Below, one piece after another: positions 38,403-48,573 of a stretch of DNA of 64,000 nt; within the stretch, counting starts at the first letter, position 1, and every line of letters starts with the position of its first letter. The translations under genes were made by a program, and so were the position numbers. Source of the stretch: Flavobacteriales bacterium UBA3376 (GTDB lineage Bacteria; Bacteroidota; Bacteroidia; Flavobacteriales; Weeksellaceae); assembly GCA_002359055.1 (NCBI GenBank), contig DEQC01000030.1, forward strand, positions 919 through 64,918, given 5' to 3'. Below the pieces are notes generated by a model that was not told where the DNA came from, did not search any database, and saw nothing but the letters and a program-made list of their open reading frames with translations.

Positions 38403-39731
38403 ATGAAGTATAAAGCTTACTCAGTACACAACTTTAGAAAAATACCACAAATTGAGAATTTACCTGAGGAAGAGAAAGAGAGCATTGAAATTTCTGGGAA
38501 CGTATTCCCTTTTAAAGTAAACAATTATGTAATCGATGAATTGATTGATTGGGAGAACTTTAAAACTGACCCAATATTTCGATTGACCTTTCCACAAAAA
38601 GAAATGTTGGAAGAAGAAGATTACGAGAAAATGAAAGCTGCATTGAACTCCAATTTGGATCGAATGGAGTTGAAGGAAGTTGCGGATTCTATTCGTATGA
38701 AATTGAATCCTCATCCTGCAGGACAAATGGAAATGAACGTTCCGGAAGTAGATGGAGAGAAGTTGCCTGGTATTCAGCACAAATATGATCAAACCGTTTT
38801 GTTCTTCCCAAGTTCAGGTCAAACTTGCCACAGTTATTGTACTTTTTGTTTTAGATGGGCACAATTTGTTGGTTTGGATGGATTGAAATTCGCCATGAGA
38901 GAAACAGAAGGATTGGTGAGGTATTTAGAAGAGCATCATGAAGTTACGGATTTGTTGTTTACAGGTGGAGATCCTATGATTATGAGTTTTAAAGTATTTA
39001 AACAATACATCGATCCATTTTTAGATCCAAACAATAAAACCAATATTCAAACCATTAGGATTGGTACTAAATCTTTAGGTTTCTGGCCATATAAATTTTT
39101 GACCGATAGAGACGCTCAAGACTTCCTTGATTTGTTCAAAGAGATAGTCGATAGTGGAATTAACTTGACAATCATGGCTCACTTCAATCATATCAATGAA
39201 TTGAAAACTCCAGCGGTGAAGGAAGCTGTGAATAAATTAATCGAATTAGGCGTTCAAATTAGAACACAATCGCCTTTGATCAAAGGCATCAATGATGATG
39301 CAGATATGTGGGCTAAAATGTGGAGAGAACAAGTCAATATGGGGATGATTCCATATTATATGTTTGTGGAAAGAGACACAGGAGCAAGACATTATTTTGA
39401 AGTTCCTTTGGAGAAAACCTGGGAAATTTTCCAACAAGCTTATCAACAAGTAAGTGGAATTTGTAGAACGGTTAGGGGACCTAGTATGTCTTGTACACCA
39501 GGAAAAGTTCAAATCTTAGGTGTGGAGAATATTCAGATGAATGGTCAAAAAGAAAAGGTATTTGTATTGCAAATGCTACAAGGAAGAAATCCAGATTGGG
39601 TGGCAAGGCCTTTCTTTGCCAAATACGATCCCAATGCTTCATGGATGGACGATTTAAAACCAGCTTTTGGCGATAAATTCTTCTTTGATGATGAAATGGA
39701 AGCCTTCGAAAAAGAAGCACTTGCTGTATAA
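38403..39731 (+). CDS. KamA-family radical SAM enzyme (lysine 2,3-aminomutase-like; substrate uncertain)
   Basis: HKY..TVL, CHSYCTFC (CxxxCxxC)-FR, TGGDP, IRIGTK, HFNH..E, QSPLIKGIND, PYY, PGK. Confidence 0.88.
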   Translation: MKYKAYSVHNFRKIPQIENLPEEEKESIEISGNVFPFKVNNYVIDELIDWENFKTDPIFRLTFPQKEMLEEEDYEKMKAALNSNLDRMELKEVADSIRMKLNPHPAGQMEMNVPEVDGEKLPGIQHKYDQTVLFFPSSGQTCHSYCTFCFRWAQFVGLDGLKFAMRETEGLVRYLEEHHEVTDLLFTGGDPMIMSFKVFKQYIDPFLDPNNKTNIQTIRIGTKSLGFWPYKFLTDRDAQDFLDLFKEIVDSGINLTIMAHFNHINELKTPAVKEAVNKLIELGVQIRTQSPLIKGINDDADMWAKMWREQVNMGMIPYYMFVERDTGARHYFEVPLEKTWEIFQQAYQQVSGICRTVRGPSMSCTPGKVQILGVENIQMNGQKEKVFVLQMLQGRNPDWVARPFFAKYDPNASWMDDLKPAFGDKFFFDDEMEAFEKEALAV

Positions 39732-39744
39732 ATCAATAAATTAA

Positions 39745-39786
39745 ATAAAGCTTTTTCAAAGTCTTTCGATTTTGAAAAAGCTTTAT
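39745..39786. terminator. Bidirectional terminator
   Basis: ATAAAGCTTTTTCAAA / TTTGAAAAAGCTTTAT 16-bp inverted repeat between convergent genes. Confidence 0.85.
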
Positions 39787-39791
39787 ATCTT

Positions 39792-40208
39792 TTAATATTG
39801 ATCCAATAAATAATTGATAAGATCGGTTGTAGTAACTATTCCTACTAATTTTCCTTCATCGACTACCGGCATCGAATGGAAACTCTGTTTAGAAAAAATT
39901 TCAGCAACTTCTTTAATCGTAGCATCGGATACAACTGTCACAGGAACTCTTGTCATCACTTGAGGGATGGTGTATAAGTCATAGACAATAGCTTCGACAT
40001 TTTCTTCGTTTTCGGTCAAATCAGCAAAGCTAATTCTCAATAAATCTGAGCGACTGATAACACCCACCAAACGATCGCCTTCTACTACAGGTATATGTCG
40101 AATGTTGTGTCGATTCAACAATCTTTCCACATCATACAATGACTGATTGGTAGTTACTGTAATTAAATCTGTACTCATAATTTGGGAAACTGGGACTCTC
40201 TTTTTCAT
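39792..40208 (-). CDS. Stand-alone tandem CBS domain protein
   Basis: VSQIMS, IRHIPVV..LVGVIS..D, MPVVD.GKLVGIVTTTD. Confidence 0.93.
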   Translation of the reverse strand: MKKRVPVSQIMSTDLITVTTNQSLYDVERLLNRHNIRHIPVVEGDRLVGVISRSDLLRISFADLTENEENVEAIVYDLYTIPQVMTRVPVTVVSDATIKEVAEIFSKQSFHSMPVVDEGKLVGIVTTTDLINYLLDQY

Positions 40209-40374
40209 AATTTAAACTATTAGGTTGAACGATTTGTGATACTAAGTTGCTAAAATTTTTCATGAAGAAAAATGACATTAACCATTGATTGTCACAAAAG
40301 ATAACACTAAATTGAAAGATTATAAAAACAATTAAATAAGAAATTTAAAGTATTTCCGTTATCTACTTTATTAC

Positions 40375-40382
40375 TACTTTTG
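40375..40382 (+). promoter_or_regulatory. -7 box TACTTTTG, 4 nt before the porQ ATG
   Basis: TAnnTTTG match. Confidence 0.65.
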
Positions 40383-40386
40383 CGGA

Positions 40387-41409
40387 ATGACAAATCAGCT
40401 AAGATTTCTGTTGCTTTTTGTAAGCGTCTTGACTTTCGCTCAAGATGGAACTCGTGTATATGAGTTTGTCAACATCACTACTTCACCTCGACAAGCTGCT
40501 TTGGGAGGTAATGCAAATTCGATGTGGGATTCGGATCCCAATATGTCTTATTGGAATCCAGCGATGGTTAGCGAACAATCTCATGGTCAAGTTGCATTGA
40601 ACTACGTGAGTTATTTGGCAGGAGTTGGATTTGGAACTGTTTCAGGAGTTTATCAGTACGACGATGATGAGTTCTTCACTATTCACGGTCAATATGTCGA
40701 TTATGGTGATTTTAGAGGTTTTGATGAATTCGATGTGGAAACTGGAAACTTCAAAGCAAGAGATGTTGCAATTTCTTTGGGTTATGCCATCAATCTAAGC
40801 GATTTTTTTACTGTAGGTGCAAGTGTTAAATACATCAACTCAACTATAGAAACCTACAATTCACATGCATTGGCTGCTGATTTAGGAATTGTTTTCCATG
40901 ATGTGGATTATAATACGAATGTTTCTTTGGCTATACGAAACTTAGGTTTTCAACTTGAAACTTATGCCGGTACCCAAGAGAAAATGCCACTTCAAATCAA
41001 TTTAGGTGTATCGCATCGATTGGAACATGTTCCTTTGGAATTGTCGATCAATTTTCATGATTTACAAAAGTTTGATATATCAAGACCAACTGATGAAAAT
41101 GGCATGAAAACTAAATTTGGACGAAAATTCATTGACCACGTTTCCATAGGTGGTGAACTTTTCCCTGGACAAGGATTCAATCTGAGGTTAGGTTATAACT
41201 TCAAGCGAGGGAATGAATTGAAAATCGATGATCATAGAAGTTTTGCCGGACTTACTTATGGATTTGGATTTAGAATCAATGCATTTAGATTTGATTTCGC
41301 ACATGCAAACTATTATGAAGGAGCCAATTCCAATCACTTTGGATTGATCATTAATTTGGATCGATTGATTCAAGGAAGAAATTATTGGCGCTCCAATCCT
41401 TATTATTAA
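40387..41409 (+). CDS. porQ: Type IX secretion system protein PorQ
   Basis: YEF.N...SPRQAALGG, WNPA, FNLRLGYNFKRGNEL, AGLTYGFG; directly upstream of cmk. Confidence 0.88.
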   Translation: MTNQLRFLLLFVSVLTFAQDGTRVYEFVNITTSPRQAALGGNANSMWDSDPNMSYWNPAMVSEQSHGQVALNYVSYLAGVGFGTVSGVYQYDDDEFFTIHGQYVDYGDFRGFDEFDVETGNFKARDVAISLGYAINLSDFFTVGASVKYINSTIETYNSHALAADLGIVFHDVDYNTNVSLAIRNLGFQLETYAGTQEKMPLQINLGVSHRLEHVPLELSINFHDLQKFDISRPTDENGMKTKFGRKFIDHVSIGGELFPGQGFNLRLGYNFKRGNELKIDDHRSFAGLTYGFGFRINAFRFDFAHANYYEGANSNHFGLIINLDRLIQGRNYWRSNPYY

Positions 41410-41456
41410 AATGAATTTCTTTTTGGATTTATTTAAATGGATACAGTTCTATAATA

Positions 41457-41464
41457 TATATTTG
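41457..41464 (+). promoter_or_regulatory. -7 box TATATTTG, 4 nt before the cmk ATG
   Basis: TAnnTTTG match. Confidence 0.7.
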
Positions 41465-41468
41465 CACT

Positions 41469-42161
41469 ATGCGAAATTTGATTATAGCCATCGATGGATT
41501 TTCTTCAACAGGAAAAAGTACTTTAGCTAAACTTCTGGCAAAAGAGTTAGGTTATATTCATATTGATAGTGGCGCTATGTATCGAGCCATTACACTCTAT
41601 GCTTTACAAAATGGAATGGTTTATGATGGAAAGGTCAACGAGTCGGAACTACTGCCTCAATTGCACTTTTTGGACATTCATTTTGAATTCAATGAAGAAA
41701 AAGGTGAAAATGAAATTTTTCTTAACGATGAGAATGTTGAGCAAGATATTCGCGCAATGGAAGTTTCATCCCATGTGAGTTTAATTGCAAAAATTCCTGA
41801 AGTAAGGCATTTTGCGGTTGAACTTCAAAGAAAAATGAGCAAAAATGGTGGAGTTGTTATGGATGGTCGAGACATAGGAACTACGGTTTTTCCTGATGCT
41901 GATGTGAAGATATTTTTAAATGCTTCAGTAGAGGAAAGAGCAAAAAGACGATATGAAGAGCTATTGAAAACAGACAATCCAGCGAGCTTTGAAGAAGTAT
42001 TTCAAAATATTTCAGACAGAGATAAAATGGATTCTACCAGAGAAATTTCACCTTTGAAACAAGCTGAGGATGCGATTTTAGTTGACAATGGTGATTTGAC
42101 ACCCAAAGAAACTTTAGCAAAGGTTTTAGAAATTATAAAAAATAGAATCAATTTAAAATAA
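41469..42161 (+). CDS. cmk: Cytidylate kinase
   Basis: IAIDGFSSTGKST, DSGAMYR, MDGRDIGT, RD..D..R..SPL. Confidence 0.98.
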   Translation: MRNLIIAIDGFSSTGKSTLAKLLAKELGYIHIDSGAMYRAITLYALQNGMVYDGKVNESELLPQLHFLDIHFEFNEEKGENEIFLNDENVEQDIRAMEVSSHVSLIAKIPEVRHFAVELQRKMSKNGGVVMDGRDIGTTVFPDADVKIFLNASVEERAKRRYEELLKTDNPASFEEVFQNISDRDKMDSTREISPLKQAEDAILVDNGDLTPKETLAKVLEIIKNRINLK

Positions 42162-42336
42162 GGTTTAGTCAACATTGATTGACAATTGATTATCAAACAT
42201 TTTTAACTGTTTTTGGAATTATTGGATGAGCTAATTCAGTTACTTCATAGCGTAAACAAGCTGTTTTTCTATTGAGAATTCTTAGACTTTAAATTTAAGA
42301 AATGTATATTTGTACTCTTAACTTACAACTACTAAA

Positions 42337-43446
42337 ATGAGAACTACTAAGATTTGGTTATCATCTCCACATATGGGCGGAGGTGAACTCAAATATATTC
42401 AACAAGCCTTTGATGCCAATTGGATAGCACCTTTAGGACCTAATGTAGAATCCTTTGAAAAAGATTTGGAAAACTACCTCGGAAACGATGTTCATGTTGC
42501 AGCTTTAAGCGCAGGAACTGCAGCTTTGCATTTAGGATTAATTTTATTGGGTGTTCAAGCAGGAGATGAAGTGATTTGTCAAAGCATGACTTTCTCAGCT
42601 TCTGCCAATCCTATTGTTTATTTGGGAGCTACTCCAATTTTTGTAGATAGCGAAGATAGTACTTGGAACATTTGTCCCGAACAATTAGAAATCGCTATAA
42701 AAGATAGAATCTCAAAAGGAAAAAAACCTAAAGCTATCGTAGCTGTACATCTTTATGGAATGCCTTATCAGCACGATGAAATTCGACGAATTGCTGATCG
42801 ATATGAAATCCCGATTTTAGAAGATGCAGCCGAAGCTTTGGGAAGTAAATACAAAGAACTTCCTTGTGGAACTTTGGGTGACTTGTCGATTTTGTCGTTC
42901 AATGGCAATAAAATCATCACAACATCCGGAGGTGGTGCACTGGTCGCACATTCCAAAGAAGTGAAAGATAAAGCGATTTTTCTTGCCACTCAAGCAAGAG
43001 ATGAAGCCGTTCATTATCAACACAGTGAGATTGGATACAACTATAGAATGTCAAATGTAGTTGCAGGAATTGGGAGAGGGCAAATGGAAGTTCTGGACGA
43101 AAGAGTCCAGCAGAGAAGGGCAAATTATGAGTTTTATAAAAAAGAATTATACAACAAAGATGGGATAATCTTTGTAGAAGAAAAAAAGGATATGTTTTCT
43201 AATCGCTGGCTGTCATGTATTTTGACAGAGTCCTTTGAAAAAAGAGAAGAGATAAGACTAAGTTTAGCAGCCGATGAAATAGAAAGTCGTCCTCTTTGGA
43301 AACCTATGCATCTGCAACCAGTATTTATGAATTATCCAAATTATACCAATGGTGTAAGCGAAGATTTATTCAATAGGGGATTGTGTTTACCAAGTGGTTC
43401 AAATTTGTCCAATTCTGATTTAAAACGAATAATTGAGAAAATTTAA
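42337..43446 (+). CDS. DegT/DnrJ/EryC1/StrS nucleotide-sugar aminotransferase (PglE/EpsN-like)
   Basis: GTAALHL, EDAAEALG, SFNGNKIITT PLP lysine, GYNYRM. Confidence 0.95.
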   Translation: MRTTKIWLSSPHMGGGELKYIQQAFDANWIAPLGPNVESFEKDLENYLGNDVHVAALSAGTAALHLGLILLGVQAGDEVICQSMTFSASANPIVYLGATPIFVDSEDSTWNICPEQLEIAIKDRISKGKKPKAIVAVHLYGMPYQHDEIRRIADRYEIPILEDAAEALGSKYKELPCGTLGDLSILSFNGNKIITTSGGGALVAHSKEVKDKAIFLATQARDEAVHYQHSEIGYNYRMSNVVAGIGRGQMEVLDERVQQRRANYEFYKKELYNKDGIIFVEEKKDMFSNRWLSCILTESFEKREEIRLSLAADEIESRPLWKPMHLQPVFMNYPNYTNGVSEDLFNRGLCLPSGSNLSNSDLKRIIEKI

Positions 43447-45370
43447 ATTCAAATACCTGCACCTCCTTCTGAAAAGAAAGTTGAAAAGAGAAGTACCAAG
43501 ATGGCTGGTCCTGATAATAGACCTTCACATTGGACTGAATACCTTTGTTCTAACTTATCTTTTATTGGGTTTTCTTGATATAGGACCGAAATTAAAATTC
43601 CATCAAGTGGTAGTTTATCAACTGCCCATTGTATTGACTTCTTTATTGATAGCTTTCCTAATAGTAAAGCCATACAAAGGAATTATCAGACATACGGGAT
43701 TCAAGGATTTTGGAAAAGTATTCCAATCAAATATTCTTTACTTAACGATAATCAGCATCGTTTTTTGGCTGTTTTTAAAATATAAAGTCGATCCGGTATT
43801 TTATTTCGGTAAAGGAATTTTGATCGTTCATTTTTTCTTCAACCTTATGGCAATGGTTTTCTTGAGAATTTTATACAAGGATATTTATGCCAGATATATC
43901 GTAGGAGGGAGGCGTGTTCAAAAAAGAGTGATGATTTATGGCGCTGGAGATTCTGGCGTTATCACTTACGAAGCAATTAAAAAAGATGAGAAGAACAATA
44001 TATTGGTATATGGTTTCATAGATGACAACAGAAAAAAAGTTGGGAAAAGAATCAATGGGATAAAAATATATCCTTCCGATATGATCGATAAGGATTTTAT
44101 TAAAAAGAATTATATATCGGAGATCATTATTTCCATCCAACTGATTTCAACTGCTCGTCTGAACGAAATTGCCGATAGATTTTCGAACTACGGTGTGAAA
44201 TTGAAAATCGTCCCACCTGTGAGCGATTGGTTAGAAGCTGGACTAAAAACCCAACAAATTCAACCTTTGAAAATTGAAGATCTTTTGGGAAGAAAACCAA
44301 TTGTTCTAAAAAATGATTCAGTTTCAAATGAAATCAGAGGAAAAACGATTATGGTTACTGGCGCAGCAGGATCTATCGGTGGTGAAATTTCAAGACAGCT
44401 TCTCAGATATTCTTTCGAAAAGTTGATTCTAATCGATCAAGCTGAATCAGCTCTCTATGATTTACAACAAGAATTATTACAAAAAGGTTGTCTAAAGTGT
44501 GAGTTTGTAATTGCCAATATTAAAAATTACGAACGAATGAGAAGTTTGATGGAATATTATAGACCAGATTTGGTGTTTCATTCGGCGGCTTATAAACACG
44601 TTCCTTTGATGGAAGAAAATCCGTATGAGGCGGTGATGACCAATGTGAAAGGAACTAAAAATATGGCTGATTTGGCCAATGAGTTTGGTACTGAGAAGTT
44701 TGTGTTAATTTCAACCGATAAAGCAGTTAATCCGACCAACGTCATGGGAGCTACCAAAAGAATAGCTGAACTGTATGTCACAAATTTAAATGCACATTCA
44801 AATTGTAATTATGTGGTAACTCGTTTCGGAAACGTATTAGGTTCCAACGGTTCTGTTATACCAATATTTAAAAAGCAAATCAAAAAGGGTGGACCTTTGA
44901 CTGTCACTCATCCAGAAATTACGAGATATTTTATGACAATTCCAGAAGCTTGTCAACTGGTATTAGAAGCCGGAGCAATGGGTAAAGGTGGAGAAGTATT
45001 CGTATTTGATATGGGAGAATCAGTTAAGATTTTGGACTTGGCCAAAAAAGCGATTCGATTGAGCGGACTCAAATTTCCGGAAGATATAGATATCGTTTTC
45101 ACAGGATTGAGACCTGGCGAAAAGATCTACGAGGAATTATTGGCCGATAACGAAAATATTATCAAAACCCATCATCCTAAAATTATGATAGCCAAAGTGA
45201 GTTCAGCAATTGAGAATTTAAATATACATATAGATTCGCTGATCAGTGATTTTGATGATGCTGATAAAAATAATTTAAAATTGGTGGCAAAAATGAAAGA
45301 AATAGTTCCAGAGTACATTTCTCAAAATTCAATTTATAGTTCAATCGATGAAGCTCGACTAAATGACTGA
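43433..45370 (+). CDS. Membrane-bound nucleoside-diphosphate sugar 4,6-dehydratase (CapD/PglF/WbpM type)
   Basis: 4 TM helices, IYGAG, TGAAGSIG, AAYKHVP, STDKAVNP, RFGNVLGS, GLRPGEK; TTG start uncertain. Confidence 0.94.
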   Translation: MRKFKFKYLHLLLKRKLKREVPRWLVLIIDLHIGLNTFVLTYLLLGFLDIGPKLKFHQVVVYQLPIVLTSLLIAFLIVKPYKGIIRHTGFKDFGKVFQSNILYLTIISIVFWLFLKYKVDPVFYFGKGILIVHFFFNLMAMVFLRILYKDIYARYIVGGRRVQKRVMIYGAGDSGVITYEAIKKDEKNNILVYGFIDDNRKKVGKRINGIKIYPSDMIDKDFIKKNYISEIIISIQLISTARLNEIADRFSNYGVKLKIVPPVSDWLEAGLKTQQIQPLKIEDLLGRKPIVLKNDSVSNEIRGKTIMVTGAAGSIGGEISRQLLRYSFEKLILIDQAESALYDLQQELLQKGCLKCEFVIANIKNYERMRSLMEYYRPDLVFHSAAYKHVPLMEENPYEAVMTNVKGTKNMADLANEFGTEKFVLISTDKAVNPTNVMGATKRIAELYVTNLNAHSNCNYVVTRFGNVLGSNGSVIPIFKKQIKKGGPLTVTHPEITRYFMTIPEACQLVLEAGAMGKGGEVFVFDMGESVKILDLAKKAIRLSGLKFPEDIDIVFTGLRPGEKIYEELLADNENIIKTHHPKIMIAKVSSAIENLNIHIDSLISDFDDADKNNLKLVAKMKEIVPEYISQNSIYSSIDEARLND

Positions 45371-45410
45371 CAATTTATTCTATATTTGTAATCTTATATT
45401 CAATTGAATA

Positions 45411-46190
45411 ATGAAAATTCATTACAATCAAATTTCTTTAAAGCTAATTTTCCTAATTTTTATTATAGGATTTATCTCTTCTTGTGTTCCCAGAGAGCGA
45501 ATTGTTTATTTTCAAGGAGATTCGACTACCATAGAAAAAATGGCTGGTGACTATGCAGCAGTGATTAGGCCGGACGATTTGTTGAGCATTTCGGTTTTTG
45601 GTAGAAACCAAGAAGCGACAAGAATTTTTAATCAAGAGAGCAATATAACAACTGCAGGAGGTAATGCTTCCTTGAACCGACCTACTTATTTGGTAGATGC
45701 TGAGGGATATATTGAATTTCCAGTTTTGGGCAAGGTGAAACTCTCAGGTTTGACCAGAAATGAAGCCATACAATATATGAAAGGTTTGTTGAGCCAAGAG
45801 ATAGTGGACCCAGGTGTGGCTATCAGCATCGACAACTATAGAGTCACAGTTTTGGGTGAGGTTTCAAGACCTGGAACTTATTCATTGGCACACGAAAAAG
45901 TGACGCTTTTGGAAGCTTTAGGAATGGCAGGAGATTTGACCATCAATGGTGTGAGAGACAATGTTTTAGTAATTAGAGAAGAAGGTGATGAGAAAAATTT
46001 TTACAGAGTTGATTTAACTTCAGAAGAAGTTTTCACTTCACCAGTATTTTATTTGACCCAAAATGATGTGGTTTATGTTGAACCCAACCAAAATAAAATC
46101 AATACTTCAAGCAATACCATCAGAGATGTTTCTTTTGGAATCTCAGTGGCAAGCTTTTTAATTACGATAATAACCTTACTAACCCGATAG
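45411..46190 (+). CDS. wza: Polysaccharide export lipoprotein Wza
   Basis: Lipobox ISSC, I.PDD.L.I, YLVD..G.I.FPVLG, VTVLGEV..PG, TLLEALGMAGD. Confidence 0.92.
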   Translation: MKIHYNQISLKLIFLIFIIGFISSCVPRERIVYFQGDSTTIEKMAGDYAAVIRPDDLLSISVFGRNQEATRIFNQESNITTAGGNASLNRPTYLVDAEGYIEFPVLGKVKLSGLTRNEAIQYMKGLLSQEIVDPGVAISIDNYRVTVLGEVSRPGTYSLAHEKVTLLEALGMAGDLTINGVRDNVLVIREEGDEKNFYRVDLTSEEVFTSPVFYLTQNDVVYVEPNQNKINTSSNTIRDVSFGISVASFLITIITLLTR

Positions 46191-46200
46191 TACTTTTGTG

Positions 46201-48567
46201 ATGAAATACAAAGAGTTAAATGAAATTATAGATAATCCATCAGACAATACTTCCCATACCTTTCGTGAATTGTGGGAACAATTTATTAGAAATTGGTATT
46301 GGTTTGCCTTAGGATTATTGTTGGCATGGGTAGGTGCTTATTTCTATTTGAGATATTCTCAAAGCCTTTATAGTGCCGAAGCAAAAGTATTGATCAAAGA
46401 AGATGCTATGCAATCTGGCTCAGAGTTGAGTGCTCTTGCTGGAAAAAGTTTGGGAGGATTCGATGGAAAATCAAATATAGCCGATCAAATCGAAGTGATG
46501 CGCTCAAGGCGTTTGGTCCAAAAAGTAGTTGAGAATTTACAACTGAATGTTAGATATTTCTCGGAAGGTCGCGTTAAGAAGCAAGAGTTGATGCATGAAG
46601 CAGCACCTGTTAAAATCAGAATTTTGTCCGATGAGATTTCTTATTTGAATTTCAACCTAAAAGTTTTATCAAATACTGAACTCGAATTGACAATTGACGA
46701 AAATAAATCAACGGTCAAATTTGGGAATTCTGTGAAAATTGGGAACAATGAATTTATGATTCTTCCACAAAATCCAAATTCAATCAGAGTTGGAAGTGAA
46801 GTTCAAGTTACTTTAGGGTCGATTCAAGCTGCTACGAGTAGAGTTTTAAATGGTTTGAGGATAAATGCTTTGAATGATGGATCTGTAGTGAGTGTATCCA
46901 TAGTCGATAATTTGCCGTCAAGAGCCAAAACCATAGTCGATGAATTGATCAATCAGTACAACGAAGATGCAATTAGCGACAAACAATTAATCGGTGAGAA
47001 AACTACTGATTTCATCGAAGAAAGATTATCGAAAGTTACCGACGATTTGAAAATGATCGATCGAGATGTTGAAATGTTTAAAAAGGACAATAAAGTCATC
47101 GATTTAGAAGTTGAAGGCGGTTCGAGCATCAATCAATTCAACATCAATCACAGTCAATATTTAGAGAAATCAACTCAACTGAGTATGGTAAACGCCATGA
47201 GCGAATACCTTCAAAACAAAGGCATGGATTTAATTCCATCAAATATTGGACTCACCGATCAATCAGTCAATACTTATGCACAAAAATACAATGAATTGAT
47301 TTTGGCAAGAAACGATATGCTCAACCATTCAACAGAAAATAGCCAAATCATTCAAAACATTGATGAACAAATCAGGGATGTAAAATTGAATCTAAACAAT
47401 AGTTTAAATAACTATAAAAAAACCATTCAAATCAGTTTGAATAGAATCGAAAATGAAGGTGGAAGAATTTCTTCTAAAATTCAAGCTTTCCCAACCCAAG
47501 AAAAAGAATTCATCAATATCGCAAGACAACAACAAATTATCGAAGCGCTTTACCTCTTTTTATTGCAAAAAAGAGAAGAAAATGAAATTACAAATTCAGC
47601 GACGCCTTCCGCAATTAAAGTTGTTGACTATGCTTATACCAGCAATTTCCCAATTTCTCCCAACAGTCAGAGAATTTACATGATGGCGACAGTTCTTGGT
47701 TTGGCACTTCCATTTGGATTGCTTTATTTATTCTTCTTGTTGAACAATAAAGTTCAGAGCAGAAGAGATCTTGAAGTTACTGGAGTTACTGTTATTGGCG
47801 ATATTCCTTCTTCGAAATCAAAAGAATTGATCGAAGTAAACGATAATGGAAAATTGGCAGAATCTCTGAGAATTCTAAGAACGAACATCGGTTTTTATTT
47901 GGCCAATAAAAAGAATGAAACAAAGATTATTTATGTAACTTCAACCTTGGGAGGTGAAGGAAAAACTTTTGTAACATCCAACTTGAGTTTGATTTTGGCA
48001 AGTTCGAAAAAACACAAAGTTTTGGTCGTAGGTGCAGATATTAGAAATCCTAAATTATTGGAAAAATTAGAAATGAATCAATACAAAGTTCATAAAGGAA
48101 TCACCGAATATCTGGTGGATTCTGAACTTACAATCGATGATTTAATTATTCCAAACGAAAAATTCAATATCGATGTTATACATTCGGGTATCATCGCTCC
48201 AAATCCTTCGGAACTGCTTATGAATGGACGTTTCCAAAAGCTTTTGGATGAAGCCAATGGTAGATATGATTATGTGATCGTCGATACAGCGCCGGTTGGA
48301 TTGGTCGCAGATACACTGCTTATAGCGGACAAAGCTGATTTGTTCTTGTATATAGTGAGAGCGAATTTCCTCGACAAGCGTATGCTTGAAATGCCAAAAG
48401 AATTGTACAACCGCAAACGTTTACCAAATATGTCGATTATCTTAAACGATGTAGGCAATAAAAAAGGTTTTGGCTATGGTTACGGGTATGGATATGGCTA
48501 CGGATACGGAGTGGAAGAAGTAAAAGGTTGGAAGAAATTTTTACCAGGAAATTTATTCAAAAAATAA
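46201..48567 (+). CDS. wzc: Polysaccharide co-polymerase / BY-kinase Wzc
   Basis: Two TM helices, Walker A GEGKT, A' ADIRNP, B IVDTAP, C-terminal (GY)6 Tyr cluster. Confidence 0.95.
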   Translation: MKYKELNEIIDNPSDNTSHTFRELWEQFIRNWYWFALGLLLAWVGAYFYLRYSQSLYSAEAKVLIKEDAMQSGSELSALAGKSLGGFDGKSNIADQIEVMRSRRLVQKVVENLQLNVRYFSEGRVKKQELMHEAAPVKIRILSDEISYLNFNLKVLSNTELELTIDENKSTVKFGNSVKIGNNEFMILPQNPNSIRVGSEVQVTLGSIQAATSRVLNGLRINALNDGSVVSVSIVDNLPSRAKTIVDELINQYNEDAISDKQLIGEKTTDFIEERLSKVTDDLKMIDRDVEMFKKDNKVIDLEVEGGSSINQFNINHSQYLEKSTQLSMVNAMSEYLQNKGMDLIPSNIGLTDQSVNTYAQKYNELILARNDMLNHSTENSQIIQNIDEQIRDVKLNLNNSLNNYKKTIQISLNRIENEGGRISSKIQAFPTQEKEFINIARQQQIIEALYLFLLQKREENEITNSATPSAIKVVDYAYTSNFPISPNSQRIYMMATVLGLALPFGLLYLFFLLNNKVQSRRDLEVTGVTVIGDIPSSKSKELIEVNDNGKLAESLRILRTNIGFYLANKKNETKIIYVTSTLGGEGKTFVTSNLSLILASSKKHKVLVVGADIRNPKLLEKLEMNQYKVHKGITEYLVDSELTIDDLIIPNEKFNIDVIHSGIIAPNPSELLMNGRFQKLLDEANGRYDYVIVDTAPVGLVADTLLIADKADLFLYIVRANFLDKRMLEMPKELYNRKRLPNMSIILNDVGNKKGFGYGYGYGYGYGYGVEEVKGWKKFLPGNLFKK
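48472..48510 (+). repeat. Degenerate GGNTAY hexamer x6 encoding the Wzc tyrosine cluster
   Basis: ggctat ggttac gggtat ggatat ggctac ggatac gga. Confidence 0.8.
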
Positions 48568-48573
48568 ATTGAA

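Noticed and set aside
40273..40294. TGACA-N12-TGTCA upstream of the CBS gene as the same operator as at groES
   Set aside because: Only 5-bp arms and different spacing; not distinguishable from chance
42165..42200. FNR-like box in ATTGATTGACAATTGATTATCAA upstream of the polysaccharide module
   Set aside because: TTGAT/ATCAA half-sites are spaced by 1 nt, not the required 4
48472..48510. Hexamer repeat as a phase-variable SSR or CRISPR-like array
   Set aside because: Third positions vary, and it encodes the normal Wzc tyrosine cluster
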